Assembly: GCA_016708785.1 (NCBI GenBank) | Contig: JADJFC010000002.1 | Location: forward strand, 512,308 to 576,307 | DNA: 64,000 nucleotides | Reading direction: 5' to 3' | From: Bacteroidota bacterium | GTDB lineage: Bacteria > Bacteroidota > Bacteroidia > AKYH767-A > 2013-40CM-41-45 | Shown: one piece after another, positions 56,859 through 64,000 of the stretch | Position numbering within the stretch: the first letter of the stretch is position 1 | Layout of the letters: every line of letters starts with the position of its first letter | Notes under the pieces: model-generated | The model's input: only the letters and a program-made list of their open reading frames with translations | Databases searched by the model: none | Told to the model about the DNA's origin: nothing | Translations under genes and position numbers: made by a program

Positions 56859-59342
56859 ATGTTTTCAGAAAATTCAGATAACTTGAACCCACTACATTTA
56901 GCCAATATCATCGACGATGATACAGAGTTCATCCCTTTGCTTTCGCAAGAAGACGAAGACCAAATGAACAAACAGGATATTCCTGAAGTACTTTCAATTT
57001 TACCATTACGAAATACTGTATTGTTTCCCGGTGTTGTAATTCCAATTACTGTCGGTAGAGATAAATCAATCAACCTGATAAAAGATGCTTACAAAGGTGA
57101 TAAGATCATCGGTGTTGTTGCACAACGTGATCAGGCAATTGAAGATCCAACTTATCCGGACCTCAATCAATTCGGAACCGTAGCGCAAGTGATCAAAATG
57201 TTGCGTATGCCTGATGGAAATACAACGATCATCATCCAGGGTAAGCGACGTTTTAAACTCGATGAATGTGTTCAAACAGAACCATACATCCGATGTAAGA
57301 TCGTTCCATTTCCTGAGAAGTCGGCGAATACGGCTGATAAAGAATTCATGGCTATCGTCGGTTCTTTGAAAGATCTTGCATTGCAGATCATTCAGCATTC
57401 TCCAAATATTCCAGCGGATGCAGGATTTGCAATTCGTAATATTGAGAGTCATTCATTCCTGATCAATTTCATTTGTTCAAATATGAATCTTGATGTTTCT
57501 AAAAAGCAAGAGCTTTTGGAAATCGAAGATCATAAGGAAAGAGCCAATCGTGTTCTTGAATATCTAAGTAAAGAACTTCAAATGCTTGAACTGAAAAATC
57601 AGATTCAAAGCAAAGTTCGTACTGATATCGATAAACAACAACGAGAATATTTTTTGAACCAACAACTTCGTACTATTCAGGAAGAGTTGGGTGGAAATAC
57701 TCCCGATCGTGAAGTTGCAGAATTGAAAGAACGTGCAAAGACGAAGAAGTGGACGAAAGCAGTTGAAGAAACATTCAAGAAAGAATCGGAACGATTGTCA
57801 AGAATGAATCCTGCCGCAGCTGAGTATTCTGTTATCCTGAATTATCTTGAATTGCTTTTAGATCTTCCCTGGGGAGAATTCACGAATGATAATTTCGATC
57901 TGAAGCATGCTCAAAAAGTGCTGGACAAAGATCACTACGGACTGGAAAAAGTAAAAGCACGGATACTTGAATATCTTGCTGTATTGAAATTGAAAAGAGA
58001 TATGAAATCTCCGATCATGTGCCTTTACGGCCCTCCCGGTGTTGGTAAAACATCGTTAGGTAAATCGATTGCTAAAGCCCTTGGAAGAAAATATGTTCGT
58101 ATGTCACTCGGTGGATTACGCGATGAAGCGGAAATCCGTGGTCATCGTAAAACATACATTGGTGCAATGCCTGGACGTATTATTCAAAACCTGAAGAAAG
58201 CTAAATCATCGAATCCGATTTTTGTATTGGATGAGATTGATAAATTGGGAAATGATTTTCATGGCGATCCTTCATCTGCATTACTCGAAGTATTAGATCC
58301 TGAACAAAACAATACGTTCTACGACAATTATGTTGAGATCGATTACGATCTTTCGAATGTATTATTCATTGCTACTGCAAATTCATTGAGCAGAGTGCAA
58401 CCTGCCTTGCTTGACAGAATGGAGATCATTGAGATAAACGGGTATACGATAGAAGAAAAAGTTCAGATTGCAATCAAACATCTTGTGCCAAAACAACTGG
58501 AAGCACACGGACTAAAGAAAGAGCACATTAAACTTTCTCCGAAAATAATTGAATACATGATCGATCGCTATTCACGTGAATCCGGTGTTCGTGGTTTGGA
58601 GAAAAAAATTGCTTCTCTTGTAAGAGGTATTGCAAAGAAAGTTGCAATGGAAGAAAAGTATGATCCTGTTATTACTGAAGAAGATGTTATCAAAATACTT
58701 GGCGGCGCAATTTATCAGGCTGATAAATATCAAGGCAATGATGTTGCAGGAGTAGTAACAGGTCTGGCCTGGACTTCTGTAGGTGGCGATATTTTATTCG
58801 TTGAAACTTCGATAAGCAAAGGCAAAGGTAAGCTCACGATCACCGGAAACCTTGGTGATGTAATGAAAGAATCAGCGGTAATTGCACTTGCATATCTTAA
58901 AGCCCACAGTGATCAATTGAAACTCGACTACAGGATCTTCGAACAGTGGGACATACATATTCACGTTCCTGAAGGCGCAACTCCAAAGGATGGTCCTTCA
59001 GCCGGTATTACAATGTTGACATCACTTGCTTCTGCTTTTACACAACGAAAAGTAAAAGGGCAGTTAGCAATGACAGGGGAAATTACATTACGTGGCAAAG
59101 TACTTCCTGTTGGTGGAATAAAAGAAAAAATTCTTGCTGCTAAAAGAGCAGGAATAAAAGACATCATACTTTCGAAAGACAATAAGAAAGATATCGATGA
59201 AATTAAAAAGGACTACATCAAGGATATGAAATTCCATTATGTAAGCGAAATGATCGAGGTGGTCAATCTTGCATTACTGAAAGAGAAGGTGAAAAATCCA
59301 ATTGATGTAAAATATTTCCCTGAAGAAAAAAGTTCTAAATAA
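56859..59342 (+). CDS. lon: ATP-dependent Lon protease
   Basis: 827 aa; Walker A CLYGPPGVGKTSLGKSIA; protease domain with catalytic Ser in PKDGPSAGITM. Confidence 0.95.
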   Translation: MFSENSDNLNPLHLANIIDDDTEFIPLLSQEDEDQMNKQDIPEVLSILPLRNTVLFPGVVIPITVGRDKSINLIKDAYKGDKIIGVVAQRDQAIEDPTYPDLNQFGTVAQVIKMLRMPDGNTTIIIQGKRRFKLDECVQTEPYIRCKIVPFPEKSANTADKEFMAIVGSLKDLALQIIQHSPNIPADAGFAIRNIESHSFLINFICSNMNLDVSKKQELLEIEDHKERANRVLEYLSKELQMLELKNQIQSKVRTDIDKQQREYFLNQQLRTIQEELGGNTPDREVAELKERAKTKKWTKAVEETFKKESERLSRMNPAAAEYSVILNYLELLLDLPWGEFTNDNFDLKHAQKVLDKDHYGLEKVKARILEYLAVLKLKRDMKSPIMCLYGPPGVGKTSLGKSIAKALGRKYVRMSLGGLRDEAEIRGHRKTYIGAMPGRIIQNLKKAKSSNPIFVLDEIDKLGNDFHGDPSSALLEVLDPEQNNTFYDNYVEIDYDLSNVLFIATANSLSRVQPALLDRMEIIEINGYTIEEKVQIAIKHLVPKQLEAHGLKKEHIKLSPKIIEYMIDRYSRESGVRGLEKKIASLVRGIAKKVAMEEKYDPVITEEDVIKILGGAIYQADKYQGNDVAGVVTGLAWTSVGGDILFVETSISKGKGKLTITGNLGDVMKESAVIALAYLKAHSDQLKLDYRIFEQWDIHIHVPEGATPKDGPSAGITMLTSLASAFTQRKVKGQLAMTGEITLRGKVLPVGGIKEKILAAKRAGIKDIILSKDNKKDIDEIKKDYIKDMKFHYVSEMIEVVNLALLKEKVKNPIDVKYFPEEKSSK

Positions 59343-59357
59343 TGTCAAATAAAATTC

Positions 59358-59388
59358 AAGCCGGTCAAATTGAGATCGGCTTTTTTTA
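59358..59388 (+). terminator. Rho-independent terminator of lon
   Basis: AAGCCGGTC aaattga GATCGGCTT followed by T7. Confidence 0.6.
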
Positions 59389-59404
59389 ATACATATATTT
59401 TAAA

Positions 59405-60082
59405 TTGGAGAAAATGAATTCTGAAAACCATCGCATTGCAGTCATTGCCGGGTCTACCGGATTAGTTGGACATGAATTACTGCAACTTTTGCAAAATGAT
59501 TCGACCTATGATAAAGTTTATTGTCTCGTCCGGAAGAGTAGCAATTTGAAACACCCGAGAGTAACAGAATTAGTAATTGATTTTGATCGGATTCCTGAAT
59601 CTCTTTCTGAGATTAAATCTGTTGACGATATTTATTGCTGTCTGGGCACTACGATCAAAACTGTCGGTGGATCGAAAGAAGCATTCCGTAAAGTAGATCA
59701 CGATTATCCTCTTGCACTGGCAAAGTGGGGTGAAAGTATGAATGCAAAAAAACTATTAGTCATCTCTGCAATGGGAGCAGATGCGAATTCTTCAATTTTC
59801 TATAATAAAACAAAAGGCGAAATGGAGAATGATATTTCGAAATTGAAAATTGAATCGATAACATTTTTCAGACCATCACTTCTTATTGGTGACAGAAAAG
59901 AAAATCGCCCGGGAGAGAAAATTGGAATTGCGATTGCCAAAGCACTGTCTTTTTTATTCATTGGGCCACTTAAAAACTACAAAGGCATACATGTCGCCAA
60001 AGTAGCAGCCGCTATGCTGAGGGCTTCGAAACAACAGGTGAGTGGGATGGCAATAGTTTTGTCAGGGGAAATGAACATTTAA
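59405..60082 (+). CDS. NAD(P)H-binding Rossmann-fold protein (atypical SDR / NmrA-like)
   Basis: IAVIAGSTGLVGHELLQLL N-terminal dinucleotide-binding motif; 225 aa. Confidence 0.65.
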   Translation: MEKMNSENHRIAVIAGSTGLVGHELLQLLQNDSTYDKVYCLVRKSSNLKHPRVTELVIDFDRIPESLSEIKSVDDIYCCLGTTIKTVGGSKEAFRKVDHDYPLALAKWGESMNAKKLLVISAMGADANSSIFYNKTKGEMENDISKLKIESITFFRPSLLIGDRKENRPGEKIGIAIAKALSFLFIGPLKNYKGIHVAKVAAAMLRASKQQVSGMAIVLSGEMNI

Positions 60083-60090
60083 CTAATAAC

Positions 60091-60165
60091 GAATATCTAA
60101 TATCTAATAACTGATAACGGCGGCAATCAAAAGATTACCGCCGTTATTCGTTATTCGTTATTAGT
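60091..60165. terminator. Bidirectional terminator. A ~15-bp hairpin (ATAACGGCGGCAATC aaaa GATTACCGCCGTTAT) has arms extended by TAATAAC / GTTATTC heptamer-like repeats.
   Basis: Direct reading between the convergent oxidoreductase and rho genes. Confidence 0.65.
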
Positions 60166-60170
60166 TAGAT

Positions 60171-61960
60171 TTACGCATTCATCGAGACTAAAAACTCCTC
60201 ATTCGACTTAGTTCCGCGAATTCTGTCAAGCATAAATTCCATTGCTTCCAAAGGATTCATATCTGCAAGGTGATTTCTCAAGATCCACATACGTTGAAGC
60301 ATTTCTTTGTCAAGTAGCATGTCTTCACGACGAGTACTCGATGCAACAAGATCGATAGCAGGGAAGAGGCGCTTGTTGGAAATTTTACGATCCAATTGAA
60401 GTTCCATGTTTCCTGTTCCTTTGAATTCTTCGAAGATAACTTCGTCCATTCTTGAACCTGTATCGATCAATGCTGTTGCAATGATCGTTAAACTTCCACC
60501 ATTTTCAATTTTACGAGCTGATCCAAAGAATCTCTTTGGTTTGTGAAGTGCATTCGCTTCTACACCACCGGAAAGTACTTTTCCACTTGCAGGAGCAACT
60601 GTATTATATGCACGAGCAAGACGAGTAATTGAATCCAAAAGGATAACAACATCATGTCCGCACTCAACAAGGCGTTTTGCTTTTTCTAATACGATGTTGG
60701 CAATTTTTACGTGTCTTTCTGCAGGCTCATCAAATGTCGATGCAACTACTTCAGCTTTTACGCTACGTGCCATGTCTGTAACCTCTTCCGGACGCTCATC
60801 GATCAATAGAATGATCATGTACACTTCCGGATGGTTTGCTGCAATTGCATTGGCAACATCTTTCAATAACATTGTCTTACCTGTTTTCGGCTGGGCAACG
60901 ATCAATCCACGTTGTCCTTTTCCAATCGGAGCAAACATGTCCATGATTCGAGTAGAATAATTTGACTTGTCGCCACTAAGGTTTAATTTCTGATATGGGA
61001 ACAGTGGAGTAAGGTAATCGAAATGGATACGATCACGAACGATAGCCGGATCCAGTCCATTGATAAATTCAACTTTTACGAATGGGAAATATTTTCGCCT
61101 TCACGTGGAGGACGAACATAACCTCTTACCGTATCACCGGTTTTCAATCCGTATAATTTGATCTGTTGTTGGTTTACATACACATCATCAGGAGAAGTCA
61201 AGTAATTAAAGTCACTTGAACGTAAGAAGCCAAATCCATCAGGCATGATCTCCAAAACTCCATCAACTGCAATCAGTGTATCCGGATCAATAGGAGCTTC
61301 AGGAGTAACGTTGTCACGTCGCTGTTGTTGCTGACGGAAATTGTTACCGGTATTGCCGAAAGAATTTCCAGGATTCGATGGAAGATTATTGAATTGAGTT
61401 TGTGCAGGCTGCATTTGTTGTTGAGCCGGACGACTTTCAAATTCATTGCGCATTTGTTGCGGGCGATGAACCGGTTCGTTTCGTTCAGCAGGATCAGAAA
61501 CAACTGATGGAGCTGTAGCCTGAGGTGTTGGCGTCTGGCGAATCGGTGGAGTCTTCACACTTGGCTCGAGAACGATTGGTGCTTTTTTAAGTTCAGAATC
61601 CTCCAGAGGAGATACACGTTTACGCTTAAGTCTTCCACCTGACTGATCTTCTTCAGCATTGTTTTTTGCAGCGACAACTTTTTCAGTTGGAGCAGGAGCA
61701 GATTTCGTTTCAGCTTTTTCCGGCTTCTCGACCTTATCAGCTTTCTCAATCTTTTCCGGTTTAGTGTTTTTTGCCGGTGACTTTGCTGTTAAAGCGTCAC
61801 GAATGTTTTTCGATTCTTCAGGATGCAAAGCTTGCTGATCTAAAATTTTGTAAATCAATTCCTGCTTACGAAATTCATCGTAGTTGGGAAGGTTCATCAG
61901 TCTTGCAATCTCTTTTAACTCACTTACGAGTTTGTCATTTAATTCAAGTATATCGTACAT
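60171..61960 (-). CDS. rho: Transcription termination factor Rho with a long Q/N/P-rich N-terminal insertion. The frame is broken at 61092-61095 (ORF pieces 61076-61960 and 60171-60944).
   Basis: N-terminus [23 protein letters not shown]; RNA-binding domain [22 protein letters not shown]; ATPase core [18 protein letters not shown]. Adding one A in GAAAAT on the coding strand gives ..[59 protein letters not shown].., continuous. Confidence 0.9.
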
Positions 61961-62310
61961 GAAAAATTATTGGTTTAAAAATTCCGTCATAATTGACGGT
62001 GAATTGTTGGTTGTTTGGGGATTTTTTAATGCAGTTATAGCACAATAAATAATGAAGATTTGCCTGGTTTATCAAGCGTAATTTTCGATAAGTTGAAGGG
62101 GAAATTCCGGATCGGATAAATAAAAAATCCAGTGCGGGTTTGAATTTCGATACAATAATAAGCCATTTATACATATCATGCAATCATTTTTGCAACTTTT
62201 TTTACATAAATGTTGATTATTTGATCTTTAATGGTTCTTTTTCGAATTATGTCCTTTTTTCGAAGGTATTTCTTTAATTTGCAGCTTCTATTTCATTAAT
62301 TCTATATCAT

Positions 62311-62762
62311 TATGATTCAAAGAGTCCAATCACTTTTTCTGCTAGGTGCAGTTATACTATGTGTAATTTTAATGTATGTCCCGATCTATGAACTTGTGCC
62401 TCTTAATGATTCGATGACACTGGCAGCCGGACAAGCTGCCAATACAAAGTTTACCATTTTTTAATAGTGCGATTCTGGCAATAATGAATGGCGCAATTGG
62501 AGTACTGGCTCTTATATCAATCTTCATGTATAAGAATCGTAACTTGCAAATTCGTGCTACTAATCTCGCTTTGTTAATAAATTGCGGCTTGATCGGACTA
62601 CTCTTTTTCTCTGCTGATTCTATGTCGACTACATTTCAATCTAAAGTACATTATTTATACGGTAGTTACCTTCCGGTGATAATTGCAATCTTCCTCTTTT
62701 TGGCAATACGTTTCATTAAACGGGATGATGCACTTGTGCGCTCGGCGGACCGCTTGCGGTAA
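62311..62762 (+). CDS. Small multi-pass membrane protein. A frame break at the T6 run 62459-62464 joins ORF 62311-62463 to 62484-62762.
   Basis: Hydrophobic helices (LFLLGAVILCVILMYV, GAIGVLALISIFMY, LINCGLIGLLFF, LPVIIAIFLFLAI); removing one T fuses the two frames. Confidence 0.45.
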
Positions 62763-62904
62763 TTAATAATTAATAATCATTACTGTCCTATAAAACTCAT
62801 TTCATAGGGCATTAAATTCTAGCTGCAAGTTCTTGATTTCAATTTTTCTTTTTTTGGTTGATACCTGAAGGTTCTAGCGCAACAAAATCTATCTTAGTTG
62901 CACC

Positions 62905-63795
62905 ATGAATAAATACAAACGTTTATCCTTAGAGGAACGAGCTAAAATTGAAGTATTACGTGATTCTGGTTATACTTTAACAGAGATCGCCTGGAAAATA
63001 GGCCGTCATAAAAGCACGATATCAAGAGAATTGATTTCCAAAATCCTACCAGGCAGAAAAGGTCAGTTCAACAGATTTTACAAAAAGACATAACTTATTT
63101 GCAAATGAAAAGTATCTTGAACTTGATCTTCTAAAAAGAATTGGTCTCGAAACAAATACCACGTTGAAGAATATCAAGAAAACAGGGAACCAAATATATA
63201 TTTTTAATGAAAACACTTGCGGCAGAAGAAAAAGTTTAGGCACAAACGTAAGACTACTGAAGACCGCAGAGGTAAATTACCTGATACAATCAGTATCGAT
63301 GAACGACCACAGGAAGTGATGGATCGAACGATCGCTGGACATTGGGAAGGATTTGCTTATGGGTAAACAATGTAAATCGGCTATAGGAACAATTGTTGAG
63401 CGTAAGACCAGAGCTGTTATTTTAGTAAAGATCAAGGAAAGGAGCGCTACTTCAGTAAGAAAGGCGTTTGAGAGAGAACTTCGGACTCTTCCTTTGCAAA
63501 TGAGATTAAGTATGACCTATGATCAAGGAACAGAAATGGCCGAGCATGCTTTTACAAAAACACTAAAATGAAAGTATACTTTTGTCATCCGGCATCCCCT
63601 TGGGAACGAGGTACAAATGAAAACACGAACATGTTGTTACGTGATTATTTTCCACGGGGAAAAGACTTTAGCACAGTAACAAGAAAAGAATTGAAAAGAG
63701 TTCAGAGAGAACTTAATGAAAGAATCAGAAAAGGTCTGAAATGGGAAACGCCATTAGAACTATTTAAAAAAGAAATATTGGACACTTGTAAATGA
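62905..63795 (+). mobile_element. IS30-family transposase gene split into at least 4 frame segments (62905-63093, ~63190-63350, 63353-63571, 63568-63795). Element ends not identified.
   Basis: N-terminal HTH (LSLEERAKIEVLRDSGYTLTEIAWKIGRHKSTISREL) and DDE domain segments (LPDTISIDERPQEVMDRTIAGHWEGDLLMGKQCKSAIGTIVERKTRAVILVKI; FCHPASPWERGTNENTNMLLRDYFPRG) typical of IS30. Confidence 0.7.
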
Positions 63796-64000
63796 GTATA
63801 TTTAAGGCATGAACCAGGGAAAGAAGATTACCCTCTGATTCACGCTACGGTTATTCTCTATAGTTGTCTCCAGCAACCAGAGTCCGCTTCATAACAATCA
63901 AATGTAAACAAAATATTCGTCCCAAACAAACTTCAAAAGCTCCAAAAAAAGAAACAAAAAAGGGCGCCAACGCGCACCAAATCATTTGAAACTTCGATTA

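Noticed and set aside
62905-63795. Programmed frameshifting in the IS30 transposase or RM gene
   Set aside because: IS30-family transposases are single-ORF and do not use PRF. The breaks look like the homopolymer indels seen in housekeeping genes.

Overview
This ~64 kb window is chromosomal DNA from a member of Bacteroidota. The assignment rests on four things: several Por/T9SS C-terminal sorting domains, a PorT-like barrel next to ubiE, a tmRNA tag ending ...NNYALAA, and CotH/lamin-tail proteins. Gene order: (i) the 3' 8.6 kb of a giant T9SS adhesin-like CotH/LTD protein with 22 tandem Ig-like repeats; (ii) a housekeeping block with a ClC channel carrying CBS domains, lpdA, an M61 peptidase, ridA, pabA/trpG, thrA-thrB-thrC and psuK-psuG; (iii) ssrA (tmRNA); (iv) a likely accessory island immediately downstream of ssrA; (v) yqgE, pdxH, a phosphoesterase, trmH and an FAD protein; (vi) a RES/DUF2384 toxin-antitoxin pair whose toxin carries a nonsense codon; (vii) two more T9SS cargo proteins, one about 2086 aa; (viii) a PorT-like barrel, ubiE, rfaE-kinase, aspC, lon and rho; (ix) a fragmented IS30-family transposase at the right edge. 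The island in (iv) holds a second CotH-T9SS protein, a Type IIG restriction-modification fusion enzyme, a small serine recombinase, a translationally coupled unknown+HEPN cassette, a HigB/HigA-like pair and a T9SS metzincin with 11 Ig-like repeats. Intergenic regions carry unusually long perfect palindromes and terminator hairpins embedded in heptamer tandem repeats. Important caveat: about 20 single-base indels break reading frames, and wherever I could reconstruct the site it lies in a homopolymer run. One of them splits the essential rho gene. Most therefore look like sequencing or assembly errors rather than pseudogenes, and I have merged the ORF-track fragments accordingly.
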